From the NCBI GenBank assembly GCA_030141605.1, contig JAQGDQ010000035.1, positions 496,001 to 560,000 of the forward strand: 64,000 bases of DNA, read 5' to 3'. The stretch is from Tubiluchus corallicola (taxonomy: Eukaryota > Animalia > Priapulida). Made by a program: the position numbers and the translations under genes. Positions within the stretch are counted from its first letter, which is position 1, and the number at the start of each line of letters is the position of its first letter. Under the pieces are notes generated by a model. That model was not told where the DNA came from and searched no databases. It was given only the letters and a program-made list of their open reading frames with translations. This document shows positions 44,601 through 57,000 of this stretch, one piece after another.

Positions 44601-47600
44601 GTTTAAGTTTGTAATGATCAGTTGAAGGGGGCGGGGGAGGTGGAGCAGGTGGTGCCCTGTCTAATCTACCCTTCTGAGCTGTAACAAGAAGATTTATGTT
44701 GAACTTACGAACAGGTATATTTATACACCTGTTAAATGTAACTCAAAGTTTCTTGAAATTAAAATTAATATCAAATATGACAACAATTTGTAAAAAGCCT
44801 AAACATGTGTCAAATGTAGAGCATGGCTTGAATAGCAGCACAGCACCATAACCACCCCAGGCAGCACCTATTTCTGGTAGAAACAAATTATGTTGCTTAT
44901 TTGTAATTTTCTCTAATTACATTAAGTAATCATTATGGAATAATAATGCAAATCATAAAGTAAACTATGTAATGCTGAAGTGCATCATAAATATATCTAA
45001 TATGTCACAGAAAGTAAAGAAACTTAATTCGAAATTAAATGGAATTACTGAATACACAGAGGTATCAGCAACAAGTGCAAAAAGTCTTATTTACTGCAAC
45101 AAAAACTTCTAATAGCCACAACTTATGCATGCATTTGAAATAAGCAAATGTTAGTATTATTACAAGTGAACTGTGAGCAGCAAAACCGAATTCAATTAGA
45201 TATCACATTAGGCGATGACAATTCAACGGCAATGTCAACATTGAATCAAAAGCAAAAAAATATCTCCACAAAAATCACATTCCTGTGATGAACTTCACTT
45301 GCAGTTGTATTCTTAATGATGAAGTACACTCAGTCGATAAATGAAGTAAGTTAAAATATTGTTAGTCTATAACCACACCTCCATATACGCATCAGTGATA
45401 TGATAGTTACACTATTAGCTACAATTATAATAATTAACGTTAGCATAGCAGCAGCACAAATAGTGCAAAACTTGGTAGAATTTTCAATTTTCTCAAAAAC
45501 AATAATGACATCAGTCTCAAAATTGTATACTTTTGTGATTAGAACTGAAGTACTTCAATCTTTATTATTAGTCGTTGTAGCAGAAATAATTCATTTTTAG
45601 ACAATGTGATCAGTAGTCTTAAGTAGTTATGAGTGGAAATACAGCCAATCTTTTGAATTGGAGTTTGTTTTCTGATGTGCATTACTCTCACAGCACAAGT
45701 CAGCACAAGTTTCATATATAAAAGGCTTCAGATTAAATGGATGCTTGTCTAGCAATTACGAAAGGTCATAAGTGATGCCAGTGACACATGTAATAGCTGA
45801 TAACTAAAAAAATGGTAGTGATCAAATCACTGATAAACGGTTACGTATATGTAAGATATAGAAACTAAATATACCTTAAAAATGTATAGGAATCAAACGT
45901 CACCAATAAATACAGCAATAATTCAGAAAGTACAGCAGTCGATACATGAAATACAAGTCATAATGGATTAATGATGACACCATGCTGGTTATATGTCCTG
46001 CAGTTTTTTCCTAGCAGGATAAAGACAGAAGTCGCAAAACTTGAACAATGCAGGCATTCGATCATAACAAATCTCAATACAACTGCAGCACACTACACAA
46101 TTGCAACAAAAACTACCTCTTCCTTGCTGTTTAGACTTATCCAAATCAGGCTGGCTAAACATTGCATTAAAATCCACATTTAACAGATTGTCCAGTTCTT
46201 GATCGGTGAGCTGAGGCTGTGACTGTGACGAGGGAGCTGGATAAACACAGTGCAAAACATAAATGTACAAAAAGCAGAGAAGAGAAGACCTTAAGAAGAT
46301 GTTAAAAATATTGCGCTAAAAGAAACACTATTCACTTGTTTTTGCAACTAAAAAACTTTTGGTTGACAAACTGTACCTACAATTAAGCAAACACTACCGA
46401 AAATGTTTAATACGAACCAGACATGAGAGAAATATATAGGCAACAGTGTTTCATTTGACGCAATAAAACGGAAAATAAGAAGATTTTGCAGCATAAAAAG
46501 TGCAAGAAATCTACGAGTTTCAAAAAAGGCTAGTAGACCATACCACTAAGGTTGAGATCTGCAAAGTCTTGTCCCAAGTTGTGTGATTCTTCAGGATATA
46601 CCATAATAGCATGTCTAACATTTCCAACTGATGTTATCAACTGAAACATAAAAAGTATATGAAATGAAGCAGATAAAAACTCCTAAGAAATTGCCTTATA
46701 AAAATGTTACTGTCAGTCGTAAGTAATAATGTCAACCTAAAGAAATAGAATAAAATCTTTAACAACAATATAATTTAAAAAGTTAATAGTAAACTTACAC
46801 GCTAAAAACAAGTAAATTTAATTTTTAACATAAATACTACAGGTAAAGATTCTGGCAGTGACGGTATAAAAAATGTAAAGATATGGTAAGTTTTATTGTT
46901 TATTATTTATCTTACCCCTTTATTAGCTTGTCTCCACTGAGTACCCTGAACAGCATTTTGCAAATTTGGTGCAAGCCCTGTAGCCGACTGGACCATGCCA
47001 TGGATAGCTGCAAAAATATTAAAAACAATACACACATTTCATTTGAATCATTCCTTTTGATGCGATAGTGTAGCATAAGAGTAAACCACGTCGCAGGTTC
47101 TATTTTTGTGTAATTTTAGATAGTGCTCATTATTAAATTAGCCACTGTACAATATTATAATTACCTAAAAGTATAGGTTTTATACAGTTCAGTACAAATC
47201 AAGCTTGGATCAAGCACACGTCAATCTAGCAGAATTAATCATTGAGTAAAACTGGATGCTCATTTAGACGTACATATATTATTCCTAAGTCAGCAAAATA
47301 GTTCTAGCAGCATAGGAAATAAAACTGACAGTTACCTATCTGTTTACTTACTAAGCTCTATTCTGCTTATGTTGTACAGCCAAACACATCAATAGTATAG
47401 TGGTATAGTATATCATAATATAGTAAAGTATGATTTGGTATAACGTGTTACAATACAATACAATGCAGTAAGCATAGCACAATACAGTACAGTATAGTAC
47501 AGCACAATATAGTATGATACAGTATAACCAGTGCAGTGTAAGGCGGTGTCTATTAAGCTAGTACTTACACTTATTTAAGTCGTCTGAAGCTCCATCTACA

Positions 47601-50600
47601 CTCTCTTTGAACGACGGATCTTCAGAATTATCAGACTCTTGTTTAGCCACCATGAGGACCCTGTTGGCCAATCGAGCAATACTAGACGTATTCTCTACGA
47701 ATGTAGGTGGCTGGTTGTATTTGATTGCATCTTCACAAGCTGCTGTATGTTTTAATATGCTGTCCTCTGCAAGATAAACAACTCTCAATATAATAATAGA
47801 TGATAGATGATCAAAACAAAACAATTATATAATATGATGTTTGTTGATGAACAGGTAAGAAGGAAAAATTGGTAAATAAATAAATTCATACCCGTAGCTT
47901 TGATAAATGCAGGTGTATCAATGGCAATATCTACTAGGTTACGCATCTGTGTCAAACTGTCAGCGTATTGTTTGCGCAGCATATCAAAATGTTCATCAGC
48001 TGACTAAAGAAGTAAATTAATTAACAATACTTAGTTAACATTCCATAATGCAAGTAGCAACAGTAGCTGACTAATCGCATATAAACACAAGCCTACATGC
48101 TGTATTTCATTCCATTCGGACATTCAACCATTCAGAGGAACATAGGATTTAAAGGCGTTATTCTCCTCCTTATTTTCAAAATGTATTATGAATACATTAG
48201 CAGTTCAGACATGACAGTACAGACTAAACTAAAGCCCCTTTGTTCATCTATCTAAGATGTAATAAAAATTCTATTCAAGGATTGTGAAAAAAGATAAATT
48301 CATGTTCATGAAACAGTTAATAAAACTTAAATAGTCCAACTTTGGTAACAGAGTACAAAAAAAATTAAAAAAGTTACTAAAATCTATGGCAACATGACCA
48401 TCAGTTTCATCCAAAACCTGTGAGTTTACAAATGATTTGGAATGCACCAACATCTCTCTAGGATCATTATGTCTATCTCAACAAGCTCCCTGAAATAACT
48501 CTACTTCTGCTTACATAGAATTAGTTTCACAAGTTTTTGTGTGTTTAATAAAGACCCCACCTTTTTGTAACAAGGCAAAAAGAATTTGTTAATATTACAC
48601 TGATATGTACGATTGAATTGAATGTTATATGTTGAAATAACACACAAAAACGATTTTTTTTAAATTTTTGATGCAAAGTGGCTAGCTGCAGTTTTTCCCT
48701 TTTTATTTATTAATATTTAATCCTAATCTCCATCAATGCCATTTTTAGAATAACTACGGAAACAGTATTATTAAATGCTTGAGATGGTGTAAAAATTGAT
48801 ATGCAAGGACTTACCATGATTTGATTAAAAACCGACTGTGCGGCAAAAATAAAATTACAAAAGTAGTTAAAATTTGCCCATCTGTTGCTTAACATTGAAC
48901 ATTAAAAATGCACTATCCAAATGATATCAAATTGTTTAATTTTGGAACAAGAGGTCAAATGCTTTAGCGGCATTCATTTTAACACATGTTTCTAATGTCA
49001 AACCAGTGATCATTTTACAACAGCCTCATTTACGAAAGTATACAAAAAATTCTAGAGAAGAAACAAATGGCGCATTCACTCACATGCATAGAAAAGCAAT
49101 ACAAGAATTGAAAATGCACAAAAATTTTGAGACACTGTATTTTTATTTTGTGTAACACAATGTGTCATGAGGCACATTCAACAACACTGTAAAAGTTAGA
49201 ATATCTGCAAAAATAAAAAGGTAAAGCTTCACTTTAACTCCAGTCTTACCTTATTGGTGGGATACATCAAACGAATTCGTCCAGCATTGATTAACTGAGG
49301 AGTAAGATCAGATACCTAAAAATATCATGTCAGAATAAAAGCATTTACTGATAAAAATGTTTCGGGTAATAGTTATATACGTTGTACAATGTATGTACAC
49401 AAACCTGTGAGAACATATGCAACACACATATTAAATGCAAACTGCATCATCACTGTAGTTTATTAATATAATTTTGCTAATGAAATGCTTTCTCATTTTA
49501 ATCACATTACCTGCTGTGCAGCTTGGTTAAGGGCTTCTACAGTGTTCTTGTTTCGACATCCTCCTGCAGCCGCGACCATTCGTGCAGTACGAGATGCATG
49601 CGTAGCATAGTTACCAAGCTTATGTGCTTTATCATCAAACTCAGGCTCCCTATTAGGCTTATCTGAAACAAAAAATGTAAGGTAGAATGCACTTTTCAAA
49701 CTGAACAGTGTTTGTTGAAACCACTCAAAATTTATGGATAAATTTAGCAAACACCTACTCTCAGGAGCCAATGCAGCATCAACAAACTGCTTTAATGGTG
49801 TGGTAATATCTGCAAAATCAGCTACCACCTGAAATAATAAACATTATAAATAGATAGACAGACAGAAAAAAAGATATATTTCCATACAATTGCAGTTAAA
49901 AAACTGAATAAATTTGCATTTGCAATTGTTCCGAAGATTTCTCTCTGCTTTCCCTTTTTTCTAAGGTTGTACTTATTTAGAATTGCCTGTAAAACTTTGT
50001 TATATGCATTTAGTAGGTCAGCCAATCAGAATTGAGCATGTTTTTTAGTCTATTCATTGGAAGCGAAGAAGTTGCCACGTCTTTTACTTTTTCTGTAAAA
50101 TTGAATTTAAAACAAAACTTTTTGTGATTACTTCAAAACAGCAATGAACAAACAATTAAAAGACATTAGCTGTAAATAATAAAATAAAAAAATACTAAAA
50201 TCATACAGAGTGCAATGTTAACACAACTTACTGGTAAAAATATGCTATAACACAATAAACCATTATTAAAAAACCAAATAAAGAACTAAGAAAATCTACC
50301 TAGATTAGGTGAACTACATGAATTCATAAAAAAAATCTTCAAAACAGAGTGAGAACAGCTGTATAAAAACAGCAAGAAAAACAGCAACAACAAAATTGAA
50401 AAAAATCATGCAACTTGTCATTTAATTTTGATAAAAAATATCATCAATTTTACTAAAATTCAGAATGCATTCTTGTTATTTAAAGATTATTTTATAAAAA
50501 AAGTTTACATACTTGCTGGACAAGAGCACCTTGTATTCGATCTTTAAGCTCGTTCAATTTAGCACCAAGCTGTCGTGCAATCGCTTGTGCCTGTGGACTA

Positions 50601-53600
50601 TTACCCTTTAAAAATGAAAGACTAAAATTAAACTTTTAATCACATGATATGCAATCCGTGTACATTAATATACAAAATAGTGTAGTGTAAAAATTTAAGT
50701 GCGGATTAATAATAACAGCAAAATGACAGCGACGGCTGCTGTCATTTTTACTGCTACAGTGATGTCCTGGTAAATCAAGTGCATCAGGAAGGAAAGCTAA
50801 ATATGAATCATTAGTCCATACATGTGTTAAATCAGGATCAAGTATTGCAGTGCTGATATATAGTGCACAACCAGTGAAATTCTTAATTGCTCCTGGATTA
50901 TGTAGGTCTCTTATCTATTTATAACATAATTAAGGTTTCTGGTAGTTTTTCGTCCCAGCACATATTCAGAATGCCAATTAGTTCTTTTATAGCTTCATTA
51001 GCATAATCCATCCAGTCAATGTCATCTGATTCGCCTACTAAGAAACTTCAATAAAGTGGTTGTATGGTAAATCATTAAAAGTTATCCTGACACCAAATGA
51101 TAAGCTAAAATATTACATAAACCAATGAAACATTAAAGCTTGAGTACACTACCAAATTTATTTTGGGTAAGTACAGTTTTTCAGAACACATTCAGAATTA
51201 CAGCACTCATCTCAACTTCCTATTCATTTCATTAAAGGAGGCAGACTTACCTGGCCTCTCCTAATGAGATCGTTAAGCTGATGTGCTAGTTGTTCCACTT
51301 CATCACAACATCTCATCAGCTCCGCCCGCTGTGGTCCACTCAGTCCCTGGGCAACCTTTCTACCTTCTTCAACAACCATTCGTGTTGCTTGGTACCCTAT
51401 AATATCAGCAGAACACTTTAAAGCTCATGGAAAGTATGTTCATAAAAAGCTTGTGCCTGATGTGCAGTTATCATTATCAAAAATTCAAGTAAACAACCAT
51501 ACTGTGAAGTAAAAATGCATTTACAAGAAAAAGTTGTCCATTCAAAAACAAGTGCGCAAAAAATGCAACATCTGTAAAGTAAAACTCACAGGTCTCACAA
51601 GCTAGAGAATAAAACAAATGATAAAAGTAAAATCACTAGATGCCAGCTTAAATTAGTAGCTGATTATTTAACAGTATGCAATGTTGTAAAAATAAGTTAC
51701 AAGTAATAGGAAAAATTCTACATTTCTGAGTGGTTAAAATTACAATAGTTTGCAATGCAAAAGCAAACAAAACCTTCTATTGCACGATTCTTCTAAACAG
51801 ACGTTTACACTGGTTAATTGTTGTTTAAGTGTGCAAGTTGCTGCTGGTTGGGTATAACAATTCGTCAAGTCATTTATTAAAATGCACCATTGTCTAGTAT
51901 ATTGAAACAGCATAGCTGCTGTATAAGCGCAGTCAAGTTAAAGTGACTAAATGCTGCAGTTAAAATGTAAGCTAAAACATTTTCTTGCTCTCTCTCTCTG
52001 TAGGCCCATACAGTGTTCAGCTGAAGTATGAATGTAAAATTGGACCAAAACCTTATTGGCTGCCTGTTCCTGACATACAGGTTTCAAACCACAAATGCGT
52101 GGTCCGTCTACTGCTCGGTCTTGAGTTATCACAGACAACTTACAGATAATGGTGACATTTTAATTGATAATTTTACCAATATAGTAAAATGAAAACAATA
52201 CAGAACGGACCCACTAATGATTACATTGAAGTTCACAAATCCATAATATCGCATTAAAAACAAACAGGCAAAGATTCACATCAGAAATAGATATACAGCA
52301 TGACAATAATAGGAAATCACTGATAATACCTAAATTTAATTAACAAAATCAATTAATCCGATGTTTCTCACCAAGACCACCATCATCATACTGTGGATTT
52401 CGTAGCCACCTCTGTGCTTGCTCCACACGACCAGCCACTGTATGAGCGGGATGCTGGATTTCGCTCTTTTCACTATTAGAAATGGCCTGTTGTACTAGCT
52501 GATTCAACTTCAATAAACTAGAATCAATGTTCTTTGCTAAAGCCTGTGCTTGTGGACTTGAACCCTGAAACAACAAGTGTTCATTCTATTAACAAAATAT
52601 AACATATTAACGAATATCTAACTAAAACAATAATGCACTCTAATATTGGGATGTAGCTTAAAATATATAAGGAGTCAAGAAATGATAGCTCCGCTATACT
52701 TAAATGCTGTCACAAATATATATAAATATAATTTTTTTAACATTTTAACTTTTATGTTATTTATTAATTACCAAAAAAATTTTTTGCACTGAAACAAATC
52801 AGACAAAATCAACTTTTCCTATTACCATTATGTAATAAGCAGATTAAAGCTAAATAACAAAGTTCATTTTTACTGGAAAATTAGCGTGCTTTTTGTATTG
52901 AAACTACGTAGCAAATACGTAGCAAAATCACGTATTGAAAATGGTTGATATGGCAACAAACGACAACAAATATACTTTAGATGACATTTAAAATGCAATC
53001 AGCAATAATATAATCTATCATTATAATCTAAAATTTCCGCTAAATAATGAATTTCATTTTTAATGGATAATTAACATTATTTTCAAAACAATGGAACATC
53101 TAATTGCGCAGCTTAATGGTTAAGCAAAAAGTATATTTGCAAATGTACAGATGTTTTGTCCAGAACCATGTTTCATTGACTTATTGTGGTTCAAACAGAC
53201 AAAACAGACTATTCTTAATTCTTTTAGTTTCAAATGATTTTTGCTACAAAAATTAAGCTAATTACTTTTCCCTGTGCACGAAGATCTGCCAGCGTATCTG
53301 TCATCGTATTAATAGTACCAACTGTTTTACGAATCTGATCAGCATCTTCGGGAGAAGACCTATCAGCGACTTTCAATGCTGATTCTAGAATGGAACGAAT
53401 TGCCTTTTCACCTGAAACAGCAAAATGGTTAATTACTAATTACTGATTAATTACCAAGCATTCTAATGAATGTATGAGAGTACTTAATGCAAACTGTGTG
53501 CAAGAGTCACTCTGCAACCATAACCTTTTGAACTTGTAAATCCGAAGATGAATACATGTGAAATTGACCACTTTATGAAAGGACAATAATTCTTATTTGG

Positions 53601-54052
53601 AGTCACTGGGATACAATCACATATATAGCTTATAAATTCCTAATAGACAGAAAAAAATATCAGCAGATACAAGTATCCCACAATAAAAAACACGATTTTT
53701 GAATACTTTATTGAAACAATTTATCCCTGGGCATGGATATGTTAAATAGAATAAAAGCATGAGATTTCATTTTTTGTAACTTGACTGAACTAAATGAAAT
53801 CATAACACCTGTTATGGAGAGTTAATTACCTACAGATATTTTATGGTATTTTTAATGTATAACATAGGTTACTGTTTTTTTTGTTTTTTTTTCATTATAC
53901 ACTTTTGTGTGTCAAGTTTTGCTTAATATGTTACTGTTTTTTTTTGCAAATATCACTAATATACTGACGATTGTCTTGTCTTAAAGTGCTTTTCCTAAGA
54001 ATAAATAATGATGATGATGATGATGATGATGATGATGGTGATGATGATAATA

Positions 54053-54093
<41 letters not shown>

Positions 54094-57000
54094 AAAAGGA
54101 TGGATAAACAGACAGACGTGACATGCAATAATTGCGGGACATACATTCATGAAACAATGTCGTCAAAAGTTAGTACAATTAGGCCTACTAAAAACATATT
54201 GACACAACAAGTCAGGTGAATTTTATCAGCTACTTGCTTAAAGGCTACAGCTGCAGATCATGCACAGCAAAATTATAAACCATAAAAAGACATTTGTTTT
54301 ACCTATTCCGCCTCTGATTGCATTTGGGTCCAGCAACCATTCATGAGCAGGAACTAGCTTGCTCTCTATTGCTTGCTGTAAAACAGTATTTATATTGCAA
54401 TTTAAACACCACGTGACAAATGCGGAGAAAAGCCATAAACAACTGTAAGCCGAAACTCTTAGGAAAATCTGCATAAACCGCTACAAAAGCTACAAAATTG
54501 ATAATTGTTTGTCAGTATTTCTGAAAGCTTTGCATGTACCAGATGGCCTCAGTGAAAAAATTCTGCAATTAAACCATGCTTAGCTAATACAGAAATTTCG
54601 AATCGTGTAAATTAATCAAAGTGTCTCTTCACATCTAAGACACTGTGCACAATAACCTACTCATCAATTATAGAGAGAGAGCAAAGCAAGAAGGTTGCAG
54701 TAAAACTGGCTAAATGCTGTGTCCATGATATCAACATAAAACCAGCTGCTAGCAGCAAAACAAGGCGAGAATTAAACTGAGATGAAAACATAGAAGTTTC
54801 GTATTAAAACAGATACAACAAAAAATTACTTTCATCAGAAAAATATTGCTCACATTGAGCGAAATCACACCATAGTATGGAATGCAATAAATGCACGAAC
54901 ACAATACTAAAGGATTTCTGCCTGCCGTGCAACTACACTGGTACTTTATCATACACAGTGGATTTTTTTCTATTCAGGTAGATAGAATATACCTGGCACT
55001 TTTTCATAACAGTCAAATCATCTGCCGCCCATTCATCTTCATCATAAGTGGTAAGTTGAAGAACTCGAATAATCTCGTTTATCTCATCTGTCATTCTCTG
55101 CACCAAATAATTACGATTTTCTTGAGATTCCTTGGCACCTTCTGAACCTAAATAACAAATCCAAGTAACATACAAATTTGGTACCGTAATGGCGGTGTAA
55201 TCTGGGCAAAAACCTAGAAGAGGTGAGCAAAACCAAATGCTCAGAGTGAACTTGACTCATGTTGACTATGCTATGAACTTGCTTACTGTGATGCAAAAAT
55301 TTTGCGTCACATTCTTGATAATTTACTGGTTTGAGAAGTGTGACTTCAATGCATTTATTACTCATTATTTTTTGCAATAAATATGAAGAAGATTTACGTA
55401 CAGACACATGCCCATTAGTTAACCCATTTATTAGCTAAGATTCCTCACACTCATCTGCAAGAAATTTTACCGAAATCATCTGTATTGGAGTTCAGCTGAA
55501 TAATGTCGGTTTACCCAGTAGCTTCTCATGCTTTTTATTGAATATAGATTTGTTTGCATTCAGCATCATTCTGGAACTTTCCATAGCAATACAGTAAACT
55601 AGCACATTCTCGGAATGTAACTTTGCCTAACAGCTGTAGATACTCGAAAAACGTTTATTGCATTTTAATATGTGAAAGTAAAAATATTAAAATCTCCATA
55701 CAATATACGCACATAAAATGCTTTGCCTAAAATGCAAAAGAAATTTAAATATTTCTTATCTCTCGCCAAACGAACATCACTGCCGGCATATTTGAAAATA
55801 ATGACTTAAGTTGGTGCCTGCTGGGTAGTGTGAATGCCATGAGGGTAAGCTGTGTGAAGGTATGCATTGAGAAATTTATACAGTTCACTCAGAAGTTCCG
55901 TTATTCTAGTGTTGTATTTAACAGTATTTATGTAAAAATTAGTCATTGGATCAATTATGAGCAAGTTTAAAGTAGTTGCATAAGATTATACGATTATACC
56001 TTAAAATGTGTAAGTATTGTATATTAATTGTGTGAATAATTAGTTTACAGATTTTTGTGAATTTCAGATACGTTAAATTTCAATAAATAAATCTAAATGA
56101 ATAAATAAATTTAAATCTCTAAATCTAAATATGTGTGCAAACTTGCGAGCTTATAGTAAGTGCTGGGTGGGTTAAGTAGTTTATAAAGATCGCTGTATAA
56201 GTTGAAAAAAGATTGCTTAAACACCTGGCAGAATAAGTGTTTATATTGCATGGATGATGTTAATTTTTGTTCAAAGTGAAAACTCTCAAGTGTGAAATGA
56301 TCGCAACTTTAAATTGATTTTACTAATTATAAGAGGTGCTTATCACAATTTTACTGCTGAAAGTTTCTAAAATTTTTCTCAAATTTTAAAATAATATTAA
56401 CTTCCCGAGAGACTTGACTTTTGCTAATGCCACCCACCAATGAATAGGCATCTTTATGCCAATGACACATGAATTTCTACATTACTGATGCATAAAGCAA
56501 AGATCAGTACAGAGTAGATTTACGCTGTGGTGCTTGTGGTTCCTAGCACAAGTAAACCAACAACTGCAAGTGCTTAACGAGTTTATGAATCATACAGATA
56601 CAATTACGATTATGAGCTGTTTTAATCATAAATGACTTTGTGTGACACAAGGGCCTAACACACTAAGTTGCAATCCTTGGTTCTATCCATCCTGTTCTGT
56701 TTTCCTACATATCCTTTCTTCTGGCCAGTTCAGTTTCAAACAGTTAATTCACACGAAAGGTTTAGAACAATAGTTAGGTTTGGTTGAAGATTCACTCCGT
56801 CAACAAGCAGATTTAAGTTTATATTAATGGCATAAAGTGAAAGGTGGTTGAATGCAGATCAACAAGATCCTTACCTTGTGAATATATCTGGATGAAGATT
56901 TTCATGCTGGAAATGAGGACTGGTGTAAGATTCTTCACGTTGTCTAAGCAACGGCAGAGAATCTCCCGATGGACTTGGTGGGTCAGTTCTTTCTCTCTAG

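Noticed and set aside
53931-54219. Poly-Ser, poly-Asp and poly-His ORFs
   Set aside because: All are translations of one intronic (GAT)n microsatellite, with no phase-compatible splice context noticed.
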